Source: a virus. From it: a DNA stretch of 64,000 nucleotides. The translations under genes and the position numbers were made by a program. Positions 29,760 to 39,597 of this stretch are shown piece by piece (position 1 is the first letter of the stretch; every line of letters begins with the position of its first letter). The notes below the pieces were generated by a model. The model saw only the letters and a list, made by a program, of their open reading frames with translations, had not been told where the DNA came from and did no database searches. Location: IMG/VR virus record IMGVR_UViG_3300035670_000055, positions 51,493-115,492 of that record; one strand, 5' to 3'.

Positions 29760-29771
29760 ATTTATAAAAAA

Positions 29772-29942
29772 TTATAAATTATTAAATAATCCAGCTTTAT
29801 AAAGTAAAAGCAATTCTACTATAGCAGAAAATAAAGAAATAAAAAAATTATAATTTTCTGTTCTTTTTTGTCCATGTCTTGCTAAAACAATACCTAATGA
29901 AAGTATTGTTAATCCTAGGTAAATTAATATGTAAGTATTCAT
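29772..29942 (-). CDS. Small membrane protein (56 aa, two predicted TM segments)
   Basis: Manual: MNTYILIYLGLTILSLGIVLARHGQKRTENYNFFISFISAIVELLLLYKAGLFNNL*. Confidence 0.6.
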   Translation of the reverse strand: MNTYILIYLGLTILSLGIVLARHGQKRTENYNFFISLFSAIVELLLLYKAGLFNNL

Positions 29943-29943
29943 T

Positions 29944-30306
29944 TTATTTTTGTTTTTCGTAATTTTTGTATATTTTATAAACTTGTTCTATAATCCAGGT
30001 AAGTAGATAATTTTGAGGTTCGTCATTATCTGCATCTGGATATGCTCCTATTCTTTTAAATAACATATTAGTTACATGAAATGATTCATGACTAATTGTA
30101 CCAATTAAATCAATATCATCTTTTAAATATTTTCTATTTAAAATTATCAAATATTCATTTCCTAATCTAGAAGTATTTCCACGAAAATCTTCTCTCTCTG
30201 GTCTCCAATCATAATCATATTTTTCTTTATCTTTTGAATAATCTTCTGTAATAGATACATATAAAGTTTGTTCATAAATTGGAATTTTAATTTTCTTTAT
30301 TATCAT
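29944..30306 (-). CDS. Putative zinc metallopeptidase-like protein
   Basis: HExxH (TISHESFH) with downstream DEPQNYL. Confidence 0.6.
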   Translation of the reverse strand: MIIKKIKIPIYEQTLYVSITEDYSKDKEKYDYDWRPEREDFRGNTSRLGNEYLIILNRKYLKDDIDLIGTISHESFHVTNMLFKRIGAYPDADNDEPQNYLLTWIIEQVYKIYKNYEKQK

Positions 30307-30317
30307 GTTTTTACTTT

Positions 30318-31379
30318 TTATTTATTTAAAAAGAATGTTTTATTTACAACAGATTGATAATCTGAATCTGTAATATCTTTTCTTTTAGGAAGCTCTTTAA
30401 ACATTCCGACTTGCCCTAAGAAACCTAATCCAATTCTAATATCATCTTCACCGTAAGAATTTTTAATTAATCTTACACTTCTAAAATACTTTGCACCAAA
30501 TTCATCTTTTAATTTATTAAGATCATAACCTGATGGATCTGCTACTTTATATCTCATAGGATCAAATAAAGCAAGAATTACGTCTGCATCATCTTGTGTC
30601 TGAGAACTTTCTTTAAAGTCCTCTAATTGAGGTTCTACATCACCATTTTTAATTCTTATAGGATTAGATATATCTCTATTAAATTGACTTACAACAACAG
30701 GTGAATACCCAAAAAAATCTCTAGCATATCTAAGTTCATCAGACATTTTATCAATCACTTGTTTTTTAGTAGATAAATCTTTCGTGGTTTTTAATAAACC
30801 GATATGGTCTATTATAACTAATGTAATTACATTTTCATCATTTGGAATATATATCTTATTATGTGTATCAAGTTGTTCTATTCTACCGTTTTGTAAAGCA
30901 TATTCTTTTAACTCTTTTGCAATACCTACAGGATTTTCAGGTCCGTCAATGATTGTAATAACTTCTTCCATTTTTTCCATATAATCTTTATATGTTAAAA
31001 ATATATCGTGTTCATCTTTAGTCATTTTATCTGTCCAACCTAACATTTTGCCTACAGGAATAATTATTCCATAATCATAAAATATTTTTCTAGAAATCCA
31101 TTTAGCAAATTTATACGTTCTGCTTCTTTCCATAGAACGATATATTATTTTTAGTTTTACTTTTGGATTGTCTTGAGAAATAAACCAATCAAATGGATTA
31201 AGAACATAAGCATCATCTACAAAAGAAGTTTTTCCTGAACCTGTTAAACCGCCTACAAGCGTATATATTCTTTTTCTAATTCCAATATATCTATTTAATC
31301 TATTAAATCCCATAGGAATACCAGCATTTCTACCATCTAATCCTGCTTGTATTTCTTCTTTTAGTAATTCAAAATTCAT
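30318..31379 (-). CDS. DnaB-like replicative helicase
   Basis: GLTGSGKTS, SME, VIIDHIGL, VVSQFNR, DFKESSQTQDDADV. Confidence 0.9.
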   Translation of the reverse strand: MNFELLKEEIQAGLDGRNAGIPMGFNRLNRYIGIRKRIYTLVGGLTGSGKTSFVDDAYVLNPFDWFISQDNPKVKLKIIYRSMERSRTYKFAKWISRKIFYDYGIIIPVGKMLGWTDKMTKDEHDIFLTYKDYMEKMEEVITIIDGPENPVGIAKELKEYALQNGRIEQLDTHNKIYIPNDENVITLVIIDHIGLLKTTKDLSTKKQVIDKMSDELRYARDFFGYSPVVVSQFNRDISNPIRIKNGDVEPQLEDFKESSQTQDDADVILALFDPMRYKVADPSGYDLNKLKDEFGAKYFRSVRLIKNSYGEDDIRIGLGFLGQVGMFKELPKRKDITDSDYQSVVNKTFFLNK

Positions 31380-31714
31380 AATTTTTCATTTAATATATTA
31401 AATAATTGCTTGAATATTTTTTTAGAAGAATAAAATTTATTTAAAGAAATTCCACAAGATAATTTAAAATATTTTACATCATATTCTTTTTTAAATCTTT
31501 TTCTTCTATAATTTATTATATGTCCAGGTATAAAAAGTTGATATGTTACTTCTCCTGTTCCATTACAATTTTCACATTCTTTATATGTGTAACATCCTCC
31601 ACAACATTCAGAAACAGGCTTTGTACAGATTAATTTTTCTATTTTACCTGTTCCCAAACATTCTAAACATTGTTCAACTTTATCATATGTCTGTGCTACC
31701 TGCATAATAATCAT
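31376..31714 (-). CDS. DnaJ-type zinc-finger protein
   Basis: CLECLGTG...CCGGC...CENCNGTG. Confidence 0.6.
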   Translation of the reverse strand: MIIMQVAQTYDKVEQCLECLGTGKIEKLICTKPVSECCGGCYTYKECENCNGTGEVTYQLFIPGHIINYRRKRFKKEYDVKYFKLSCGISLNKFYSSKKIFKQLFNILNEKL

Positions 31715-32309
31715 TATTTTTTATTTCTTTTCCTTCTTTTATAATTTCTATAAAAGGTTCAAAAGTTTTTTTGTTTAAATATGTTAATGAATTTTGCATA
31801 AAAGTTAAGTTATTAGTTCCTGTGGATATAGAATTGTTCTTTTTGGATTGTACATCATATTTCAATGCTTCTACTAGTTGTTCTGATGTATAAACTCCTT
31901 CTAATAATATTTTATTAAATTTTGTTCTACATTCATCTTTATTAACACTCAATGCTCTTGTAGCAGGAAAAGATTTTCCTTTATACTCAAATTTATCTGT
32001 ACCTGGATAAGCTTCCCACCAAGAATCAAAACCATCATTACCAAATTTCTTTTTTTTAAATTTAATAGATGATTTTGATTCTATAAATTCTAATAATTCA
32101 GTTCCTAATATTGTAAGTTTATCTTCTGTCTCTGTAATCAATCCTTTTCTAATTAATGTATTATATAAAACATTAATTTTTACATTTTCTTTACATAATT
32201 CAGAAATATCATAATTCTGTTCAATTAATTTTAATAAATAAATAATATCTAAAGAATAAGATTTTTTAATAATCTCTAGAAATTTCTCTGGATGTATTGT
32301 TAGTTTCAT
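31683..32309 (-). CDS. Putative replication initiator / helicase-loader-like protein
   Basis: wHTH-like N-terminus; FDSWWEAYP...FMQNSLTYLN; upstream of helicase. Confidence 0.5.
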   Translation of the reverse strand: MKLTIHPEKFLEIIKKSYSLDIIYLLKLIEQNYDISELCKENVKINVLYNTLIRKGLITETEDKLTILGTELLEFIESKSSIKFKKKKFGNDGFDSWWEAYPGTDKFEYKGKSFPATRALSVNKDECRTKFNKILLEGVYTSEQLVEALKYDVQSKKNNSISTGTNNLTFMQNSLTYLNKKTFEPFIEIIKEGKEIKNNDYYAGSTDI

Positions 32310-32514
32310 TTTCTATATTTATTTGTAAAATTATTTTAGCTGGAGATTTTAATTTTTCTTGTTCTTCTTCCCATTGTCTCCATTCATTTTCTAATTGATT
32401 TTGTTTCTCATACATTATATGATATTTTTCTTTCTCATATAATTCTTCTAATTGATTATATATTTCTGGATGTTCCATAATTTTTATTTTATTTTTGTTC
32501 ATTATTTCAAACAT
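32266..32514 (-). CDS. Hypothetical protein
   Basis: ORF track. Confidence 0.5.
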   Translation of the reverse strand: MFEIMNKNKIKIMEHPEIYNQLEELYEKEKYHIMYEKQNQLENEWRQWEEEQEKLKSPAKIILQINIENETNNTSREISRDY

Positions 32515-32588
32515 AATTAATTATTCTGAATGAAATAGCAAACATTTTTAAATTAATATCAATGCTTCTTGTAATTCTTTTTCCATAA

Positions 32589-32864
32589 TTAATCTTCAAA
32601 ATTTGGATAGTTTTCTCCACACGATTTACATTGGTCTCTAAAAGTTGGGTCGTTTGTATAATACCCTTTTAAATGTAAACAACCTCTCATATTTCCTTTT
32701 CCATAAATACGATAAGGACAAGGCTTTATGTAGTAAGTAAACCAACTATCTCTGTTTTTATTTCTTTCTTCATCTGGAGTATAACAATACAATGTATCTT
32801 TTGGAATTAAATCTACATTTGTAATTGTTTCTCTTTGCAATTTTAAGAATTTCTTTTTATTCAT
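32589..32864 (-). CDS. Hypothetical Cys-containing protein
   Basis: IP..YCY..CPY..C..DQCKSCG motif. Confidence 0.6.
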   Translation of the reverse strand: MNKKKFLKLQRETITNVDLIPKDTLYCYTPDEERNKNRDSWFTYYIKPCPYRIYGKGNMRGCLHLKGYYTNDPTFRDQCKSCGENYPNFED

Positions 32865-32876
32865 AGTAAGGGAAAG

Positions 32877-33125
32877 TTATTTTTTAAATTGTTTATCAAT
32901 CCATGCTTGCCATTCTTCAATATCTCTATGTGCAATAACTTCATTATATTTACTAAACATTTTTCTAACCTCTTCCTCACTATACATGTTTTTAATTTGT
33001 TCTTGTTGCCATTTAGCACCAGCTATAAAAGAATCTCTAACTAATTTAGGAGAGCATATTAAATCTGTAGTTTTAGGTGGATAAAATTTTTCAGCAGCTT
33101 TTTCAATGATTTCTTTATTTTTCAT
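32877..33125 (-). CDS. Hypothetical protein
   Basis: FIAGAKWQQE..MYSEEEV recurrent family. Confidence 0.65.
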   Translation of the reverse strand: MKNKEIIEKAAEKFYPPKTTDLICSPKLVRDSFIAGAKWQQEQIKNMYSEEEVRKMFSKYNEVIAHRDIEEWQAWIDKQFKK

Positions 33126-33184
33126 AATTTTTAATTTATATGTATTATTATTTATAATAAATCGGAAAATTTTCGATTATTTAT

Positions 33185-33640
33185 TTAATTTTTAACATTT
33201 AATCCATATTGTAATAAGAACCAATCAAATGTATTTTCTGCTTTGCTTTTATTAAATTTAAATACTTTTTTTAATAAAGGAATAGCATAACTTCTAAATA
33301 ATTTGTGTTGTTTTTCTGTTATTGTTAATTTATTATAATCTTTTATATCAGATAATTTCTCTATACCAATTAAATTTAATTGATATTCTATTAAATGATC
33401 TGATATATTCATTCTGTTTACAGATATTCCTGATATAGAAATAAATTTATTTAATTTAATCTGTTCCTCGAAATCTTGCTTACTCCAAACTTCTATATAT
33501 GGATCAGAAAGAATATATGAGAGCTTAATAATATCAGCTCTCATATAAACTATAAAACACATCTGCCCAATATAATTTTTAAATTTTTGTCCTTTAGATA
33601 AAATCATCTCTCTAAAGTTTGAAATGCTTCTAATGCCCAA
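33185..33640 (-). CDS. Hypothetical protein
   Basis: ORF track. Confidence 0.6.
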   Translation of the reverse strand: MGIRSISNFREMILSKGQKFKNYIGQMCFIVYMRADIIKLSYILSDPYIEVWSKQDFEEQIKLNKFISISGISVNRMNISDHLIEYQLNLIGIEKLSDIKDYNKLTITEKQHKLFRSYAIPLLKKVFKFNKSKAENTFDWFLLQYGLNVKN

Positions 33641-34074
33641 TCTGGATAATTTCCTTCAAATGGTTCGTAGTTATCAAAAACAGAACCATATCTATTTCCA
33701 TCACATTGATATGTACATCCATGTTTTGCATCATAAAACTTTAAAATTCTAGAATGTGTATCATTGTTATCCCAACACCAAACTAATTGGCCGTCAAAAA
33801 ATCCTGTTTTTTTACAAACGTCTAATCGTTGCCAAGAATTAGTATCTGTATGTGCTATCCAAACATTTTTATTTATTTCTGTATTATAATATTTATTATT
33901 AACAACAACTTCTCCTTCATTTAATAAATTAAATTTTATTACTAAAGAAGAAGATTTATCTTTATAATAAATAGGATATTTAACCTCTTCTTTCTTTAAA
34001 TCTTGTTTTTTAAGAATCTCAATTTCTTTTCCTAATTCTAAATATTTCTGTTCTAATTCTTTTAAGTTTTTCAT
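33604..34074 (-). CDS. Hypothetical protein
   Basis: ORF track. Confidence 0.6.
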   Translation of the reverse strand: MKNLKELEQKYLELGKEIEILKKQDLKKEEVKYPIYYKDKSSSLVIKFNLLNEGEVVVNNKYYNTEINKNVWIAHTDTNSWQRLDVCKKTGFFDGQLVWCWDNNDTHSRILKFYDAKHGCTYQCDGNRYGSVFDNYEPFEGNYPDWALEAFQTLER

Positions 34075-34113
34075 AATTTTATTTTTTAAAAATCAAATGA
34101 TAATTGATTTGAA

Positions 34114-36417
34114 TTAATGTACCCAGAATTTTCCTATCTCTGGATTAGAGGTCATAATTTTTGGAGTTAAAAATTCGTTTGCTCCTTTTACCATTAATTC
34201 TGCTAGTAAATTTGCATCCTCTTGAGCATTTTTTGGTTGATTAGTAGATTCAATTAATATTTCATCGTGTACAGAGTTTATTAATTTTAAATGTTTATTT
34301 TTTTCAATAAAATTTTTTCTAATCATAATTAATGCATTTTTTGTTTGATCTGCAGCAGTTCCTTGTATAAGATAATTTGTACTTTTTCTTTGAATTCTTC
34401 CTTTTATTCCAAAAAATCCTCTCCAATATTCTTTTATCTCAGGATATAAAGAATTTAACTCTTCTTTTAATAAAGCTTTTTTTTCTTTAGACATTTTATT
34501 TGTAAAATATTCTTCTGGGAAAAAAGATGAAGCTTTTTTTCTAAATTCTTCCATTTCTTCAAAAAGATTAGAAAACCATCTTCTATCTGTAATTGAATTA
34601 ATTAAAATGTAATTATTTTTAAATGTTTTTTTAGCTTGTTCTTCCATTAATAATTGTAACTTAGGATATGCTTTAAAATAATTTTTAATAAATTCTTCTG
34701 CATCAATTAATTCCATTCCAAAATCTTGTGCAAATCCTTTAGCCTCTTTTCCATATAAAATACCAAAATTTACAATTTTAGCTCTATCTCTTTGCTTTTT
34801 TATATTATTAGTAAACTCTTTATCTCCTTTTTTAGGTAAATAATCAGCACCTGGATGTAATGCTTTATTCATAGCATCTGCTGTAGCCATGTGTAAATCA
34901 TCTTCATAAATTTTATGTCCTTTTGTAAATACTTCTAACATAACATTTTCTCCTGATATACAAGCTGCTGTTCTCATTTCTTGATTGCCAAAATCTGAAG
35001 ATATAACAGATCCTTTATCTAAAGCAAAAGCATCTCTATAAACTCCTTGAGGTAAATTTTGAATATTAGGATTATTACTAGCCATTCTACCAGAGTTTAA
35101 AATTTGTCTAAAATTACTATGAATTCTTCCTGTAACTGGATGTACATATTTTAACCATTCTAACCCAAAAGTTGTAACTGCTTGTTCACTTCTTTTCATA
35201 AGTAAATAAGCTAATATTAATTTACTATGATCTTCAATATATAATCCATTTTTATCTAATTCAAACCCTATCCATTGTTGATTATTATAAGCATCTTTAA
35301 GTTCATTTGGAATAGATTTTAATAGTGCTACTGCTCCAACAGTCCAATCTAATTTTTTAGTTTGTTTAGAAAATTCTTTAGGACAAATATCTAAATATCT
35401 AAATAGCTCTATTACTTGTTTAGAAGATCCCCATTCTATAATACATCTTCTATGAAAATTAAATAAATTAGGTTCTTCTACAAATTTTGGGTATAATTGT
35501 TCTATATAACTATTTAATATATTTAGCCTTTCTAAATATTCTTTATGTTTTTTATTTTCAATATCTTTCCAAATTTCTTCTTTAAAAGGCATTCCATTTA
35601 ACTCCATATCAGCATTAACTAAAACCATTTTATTTTCTAATTCAAACAGTTTTGTAGGTTTGTATATTTCTTTGTTTGATAGAATTCTACCTAATTCTTG
35701 CCTTTCTGAAATTAGTAAAGGATATAAAATATCATCAGAACCATATAATATTTGCTTTTCTGTAAAAGGTTTATCATACAAAGTAACAAATTCCATTCTA
35801 GTTCCTTTATCTATTATTTCTTCATCTGCTACCTCAAAAGGTGTTAATAAGTAATCGTTATTTAATAACATTTCATCATCTAAAGTAGATTTAGCTTCTA
35901 AATCAAAAAGAGAGAAATCATTTACACCCTTAACTCCTAAATACTCCTTAGCCATTCCAGCTAAAGAGTATGAACGAGTTAATCCATTATATAAACACAT
36001 TTCTTGAATCATTATATCTTTTACTTTATAGAAATCTATTCCATAATTAAACTTTAAATGTTTTTGCTCAAATTTTAAATTTTGCCCAATTAAAGTTAAA
36101 TCTTTATTATAATTTAATAAATTAATTAAAGGATTTAATTCTTTTTTAGAAAAACATCTTACGTCAATTACAAATATTTTTTTAAAGTCTCCTAATTGTA
36201 ACATTACAATTTTAGTTAAATAAGGATCTAATCCAGGTCTAAATTGTTTATTTCTTCTAAACTCTTTAAATATCTCTGGACTTTTTGCAGAGGTTTCTAT
36301 ATCTATTCCAATAATAGTTTTAGTTTTTAAATAATTATAACAATCTTCAACTGTTGCATAATTATTTATTCCTTCCACTTTGTAATTTGAAACAAAATAT
36401 ATTGTTGGTTTTTCCAT
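34114..36417 (-). CDS. polA: Family A DNA polymerase with 3'-5' exonuclease
   Basis: IGIDIET, GQNLKFE, SGRMASNNPNIQNLP, DFGNQEMR, RDRAKIVNFGILYG, IQGTAAD, VHDEI. Confidence 0.96.
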   Translation of the reverse strand: MEKPTIYFVSNYKVEGINNYATVEDCYNYLKTKTIIGIDIETSAKSPEIFKEFRRNKQFRPGLDPYLTKIVMLQLGDFKKIFVIDVRCFSKKELNPLINLLNYNKDLTLIGQNLKFEQKHLKFNYGIDFYKVKDIMIQEMCLYNGLTRSYSLAGMAKEYLGVKGVNDFSLFDLEAKSTLDDEMLLNNDYLLTPFEVADEEIIDKGTRMEFVTLYDKPFTEKQILYGSDDILYPLLISERQELGRILSNKEIYKPTKLFELENKMVLVNADMELNGMPFKEEIWKDIENKKHKEYLERLNILNSYIEQLYPKFVEEPNLFNFHRRCIIEWGSSKQVIELFRYLDICPKEFSKQTKKLDWTVGAVALLKSIPNELKDAYNNQQWIGFELDKNGLYIEDHSKLILAYLLMKRSEQAVTTFGLEWLKYVHPVTGRIHSNFRQILNSGRMASNNPNIQNLPQGVYRDAFALDKGSVISSDFGNQEMRTAACISGENVMLEVFTKGHKIYEDDLHMATADAMNKALHPGADYLPKKGDKEFTNNIKKQRDRAKIVNFGILYGKEAKGFAQDFGMELIDAEEFIKNYFKAYPKLQLLMEEQAKKTFKNNYILINSITDRRWFSNLFEEMEEFRKKASSFFPEEYFTNKMSKEKKALLKEELNSLYPEIKEYWRGFFGIKGRIQRKSTNYLIQGTAADQTKNALIMIRKNFIEKNKHLKLINSVHDEILIESTNQPKNAQEDANLLAELMVKGANEFLTPKIMTSNPEIGKFWVH

Positions 36418-36434
36418 AAATATTATATTTTCTT

Positions 36435-36442
36435 CAAATTTA
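36435..36442 (-). promoter_or_regulatory. Bacteroidota -7 element upstream of polA
   Basis: TAAATTTG on minus strand 17 nt before ATG. Confidence 0.5.
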
Positions 36443-36487
36443 AGAAAATTTTTGTAATTTTGAAATAATAAATTAATTTATTATTTA

Positions 36488-36805
36488 TTAATATTCATTT
36501 AATAATTGAACAATTGTATCTTTTATATTATATATTTCTTCTAATTCTTCTTTCATTTTATTTGTAATATAATTACAATATAACATAATAGATTTTATTT
36601 GTTGTTCGTTAAATTTTTTATTTTCCTGATATGTAAATGTTGCTGCATCTGGATTAAATGTAACAATTAGTCTTTCTTTAGATTTTCTATCCATAAAAAC
36701 TAATTCATAAGTATCATACACTTCTTCTATTTCTTCAATAGGATTTAACTCTTCATCAACAATGTTGTTAATGTCTAATTTTCTTAAAATTGTTTCTGTT
36801 TTCAT
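36488..36805 (-). CDS. Hypothetical protein
   Basis: ORF track. Confidence 0.6.
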   Translation of the reverse strand: MKTETILRKLDINNIVDEELNPIEEIEEVYDTYELVFMDRKSKERLIVTFNPDAATFTYQENKKFNEQQIKSIMLYCNYITNKMKEELEEIYNIKDTIVQLLNEY

Positions 36806-36852
36806 TTTTAATATATTTTTTAATTATTTGTTTATATTTTTATTGAAAATTA

Positions 36853-37179
36853 TTATCTATTTATAATAATCATTCCGTATTTTGGATGATATTGAATAGC
36901 ACATTTATATTCATTAGCCAACTGATAAAATTTCTCAAGAAATTCTTTATGATTTTGATTAGTTATGTTATTATTTAATTCAATTTTTTGTCCTTCTAAA
37001 CTTGCTTTTCGTAAGTCTATTTCAATTCCATGCTTTATCCCTCTATCCCAAGTTTCTCTCATCTCTTGTTTAGAATACTTATTGTTTCCAAATAATAAAT
37101 TTAATGTACTATCTTTTTCTTGAAAAGATGTATCATCTTTCATTTCTTCTTTAAAAATATGTTCAACTCTTAAATTCAT
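36853..37179 (-). CDS. Hypothetical protein
   Basis: ORF track. Confidence 0.6.
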   Translation of the reverse strand: MNLRVEHIFKEEMKDDTSFQEKDSTLNLLFGNNKYSKQEMRETWDRGIKHGIEIDLRKASLEGQKIELNNNITNQNHKEFLEKFYQLANEYKCAIQYHPKYGMIIINR

Positions 37180-37381
37180 TTTTGATTTTATTTAATATAA
37201 TTTGTTTTGCTTTTTTGTATTCTTCTGTATTTTCTTTAACTTCCATTACAACATCTTTTGGTGTGGTGAAATCCATTTCTATATCAGGATATTCTAACAG
37301 TCCTAATATATAATCATTCTCTAATTCTTCTAATACCAAATATACATTTGGATCTTCATCTTTAAAATATACAAGTTTCAT
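37163..37381 (-). CDS. Hypothetical protein
   Basis: ORF track. Confidence 0.55.
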   Translation of the reverse strand: MKLVYFKDEDPNVYLVLEELENDYILGLLEYPDIEMDFTTPKDVVMEVKENTEEYKKAKQIILNKIKNEFKS

Positions 37382-37595
37382 AATTTTTATTGCTTATTGC
37401 GATATGCTATATTTTGCATTTAAAAAACGTAATGCTTTTTATTTAATCTTGTAAATCAATAATAACCATCTTATAAACACTGATTTTAGCAATCAAAGGT
37501 AATGCTTGTTGTGCTGTCATTGTTTTAATTTTATTTTCCATATTACTGATGTAACGCTTATATTTTTCAATTAATTCATTATTGTTTTTCATAAT

Positions 37596-38081
37596 TTATT
37601 TCTTTACAAAAATTAAAGGATTACGGAATGTTTTTTCTTCGGCTTCTTGCCATACTTTTTTTATCCCATTTGACTTAAAAGTATCACCCACACTTTCATA
37701 ACTTATTACTCTTTCAAGAGATATAGGGTTTTCCAACCAATAAAACCCTTTTGATTCAATAGCTGATTTGAATGATTTTAAGGCTTCATATAAAACTTCA
37801 TCATCGTATTTAGCCCTATAATCTCTATACATTATACTCTCTTCTAAATTTGAATAGGATTCTTCTACCAACTCACTTGCAATTTCTTCTGTGAGTTCTG
37901 AGCCTTTGCAGATAACCTCAAATTTGTCTAAAGTTGAAGCGTTAAGTTTAATTTCTTCATTTCCTATTTTTAGATACTTGCATTCTTTATTGATAAATTC
38001 ATAATCTGCTAATCTTGGAATTTTAACAATAAGCACGTCTTTTTTTAATTTTAGTTCTAATATTTTCATATTTTTATCCAC
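37596..38081 (-). CDS. Hypothetical protein
   Basis: ORF track; ICKGSELTEEIA..WQEAEEKTF recurrent family. Confidence 0.6.
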   Translation of the reverse strand: MDKNMKILELKLKKDVLIVKIPRLADYEFINKECKYLKIGNEEIKLNASTLDKFEVICKGSELTEEIASELVEESYSNLEESIMYRDYRAKYDDEVLYEALKSFKSAIESKGFYWLENPISLERVISYESVGDTFKSNGIKKVWQEAEEKTFRNPLIFVKK

Positions 38082-38084
38082 TTT

Positions 38085-38327
38085 CTACAAGTGGGAAGTT
38101 TTAAGGTTAAAAAGGACAATATTTTTTTTAGGTATTTTCTCTAATTTAGATTTTAGGCTTTTTAATGAGTGAAATTTACCTTTTATGTTATATCCAATGC
38201 TTCCATTATTATAAACTTGTTTTATTTCACGATTTGTTTTAGAGTTAAAACATTTATCATCAGAAAACACATAATTTTTAGCAAAATTTAATCTATATTT
38301 ACATAGATACTTTACTGTTATAATCAT
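38085..38327 (-). CDS. Small basic protein bordering the cassette array
   Basis: CFNSKTNREIKQVYNNGSIGYNIKGKF; too short for a tyrosine recombinase. Confidence 0.55.
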   Translation of the reverse strand: MIITVKYLCKYRLNFAKNYVFSDDKCFNSKTNREIKQVYNNGSIGYNIKGKFHSLKSLKSKLEKIPKKNIVLFNLKTSHL

Positions 38328-38340
38328 TGTTTTAGCCTTT

Positions 38341-38374
38341 GTGTTGTTTCGTCTATATTTGTGTTGGCAGCAAG
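38341..38374 (+). repeat. attI-like simple site / start of cassette 1
   Basis: GTTGGCAGCAAG (38363-38374) is complementary (11/12) to CCTGCTGCCAAC (38569-38580); no palindromic left arm seen. Confidence 0.45.
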
Positions 38375-38375
38375 T

Positions 38376-38639
38376 TTATTGAACCCACCACTCAACGACT
38401 TTACCAGTAACTCGGTCAACAATACAAGCCTTTGCAACTGTATCATCAACCAATGCTTTATATTCTTGTGCTTCTTTCAATGTTTTGACAGGTTCGGCAA
38501 TGTTTTCAACTTTCTTAAATCCGACTTCTGCAAAGCCTTTAAAAGAAATATTTACGACATAACGAAAACCTGCTGCCAACACCTGCTTTACAATAGCAGG
38601 GCTGACATCTACATTTTGAGCATTTGTAATTCTATTCAT
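38376..38639 (-). CDS. Cassette 1 protein; N-terminus encoded inside the attC-like site
   Basis: MNRITNAQNVDVSPAIVKQVLAAG is read from the bottom strand of the 38574-38705 hairpin. Confidence 0.6.
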   Translation of the reverse strand: MNRITNAQNVDVSPAIVKQVLAAGFRYVVNISFKGFAEVGFKKVENIAEPVKTLKEAQEYKALVDDTVAKACIVDRVTGKVVEWWVQ

Positions 38640-38705
38640 CTTCTGTACTTATTTGAAAGTTAGTAATTCTAATCCCTGCCATCGTAAAGCATTATACCGT
38701 TGTAG
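38574..38705 (+). repeat. attC-like site 1 (132 bp)
   Basis: TGCCAAC..GCTTTACAATAGCAGGG...CCCTGCCATCGTAAAGC..GTTGTAG; arms match 15/17. Confidence 0.75.
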
Positions 38706-38711
38706 GAAATG

Positions 38712-39038
38712 CTACAACTCTACAGCATAGCGTTCTTTTTCTTTTTTATAAAGATTTTTAAAGCTACCATTGGAAATAACTTTATTAAAACTATCCTTTT
38801 TTAATAAAATTTCAGCATTTAATAAAGCGTTTCCTGCCATTCTTTTAATCTCAAAAACACCACCACTTAAACTTAATTTTATTGATTTTTTTTGATTATT
38901 ATTTTCTCCATTTCCAATAAATGCAGTCCACATTGTAATTCCATTTTCTCGATGTTCAACAGTTATAAAATCTGCACTTTCAATATTAGCAGACATTGGA
39001 GCATCTATTATTTTTAAAACTTTATAATTTATTTTCAT
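38712..39038 (-). CDS. Cassette 2 hypothetical protein
   Basis: Bounded by GTTGTAGGAAATGC (38699-38712) and GCACTTCCTACAAC (39080-39093), 13/14 complementary. Confidence 0.65.
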   Translation of the reverse strand: MKINYKVLKIIDAPMSANIESADFITVEHRENGITMWTAFIGNGENNNQKKSIKLSLSGGVFEIKRMAGNALLNAEILLKKDSFNKVISNGSFKNLYKKEKERYAVEL

Positions 39039-39086
39039 TTTTATAATTTTTAGTTGTTAATATTTTTGTTTCCTTTCCCGCACTTC

Positions 39087-39166
39087 CTACAACACTATAT
39101 TTGCAAAAACGGCTCTGAAAAAACTTTGTGGATATCGCCGTATTCGCAAATACAAAACCGTTATCT
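39087..39166 (+). repeat. attC-like site 2 (80 bp)
   Basis: CTACAAC..TATTTGCAAAAACGGC...GCCGTATTCGCAAATA..GTTATCT; arms match 14/16. Confidence 0.75.
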
Positions 39167-39203
39167 GTAATAGAGCCAAAGCTTTATTTTTTACTACTAT
39201 TCG

Positions 39204-39527
39204 TTAATAAAGATTATGTTTTTTAAGTATCTTTTTTAACTTTTCGTTTTCTTCATATAGCACATTAAATCTTGTCATTGCACTATCCAAAATTTTTAGT
39301 AAAGCATAATTATCTATTAAGATTGGTTTATTTGCTAAACCTCTATATTTTACCATATTCAAAATATTTATTGAATTTTTAAATTCTTTTGTTTCGCTTT
39401 CATTTCCTACGATAACATAACAATCATTTTTTTCTGAAATCTCTTTTATTAATGTTGAAGTTCCAGAACTTCTGTGTCTAATCATAAAATCATAAACACT
39501 CTTAATTATTTCTTCGTTTTTTGACAT
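39204..39527 (-). CDS. Cassette 3 protein, degenerate mini P-loop-like
   Basis: HRSSGTST (Walker A-like, no Lys) and PILIDN (Walker B-like) in 107 aa. Confidence 0.55.
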   Translation of the reverse strand: MSKNEEIIKSVYDFMIRHRSSGTSTLIKEISEKNDCYVIVGNESETKEFKNSINILNMVKYRGLANKPILIDNYALLKILDSAMTRFNVLYEENEKLKKILKKHNLY

Positions 39528-39597
39528 TATTATATTTTTTATTAATTATTTAAAGTTCGCTTTCAGCTCTCATTTGCCATTGCTAAAAAACTTCTTC

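Noticed and set aside
38085-38327. 80-aa ORF as the array integrase; possible poly-A slip giving a ..YCPF ending
   Set aside because: Far too short and no R-H-R-Y motifs; the slip cannot be verified without reads or homologs.
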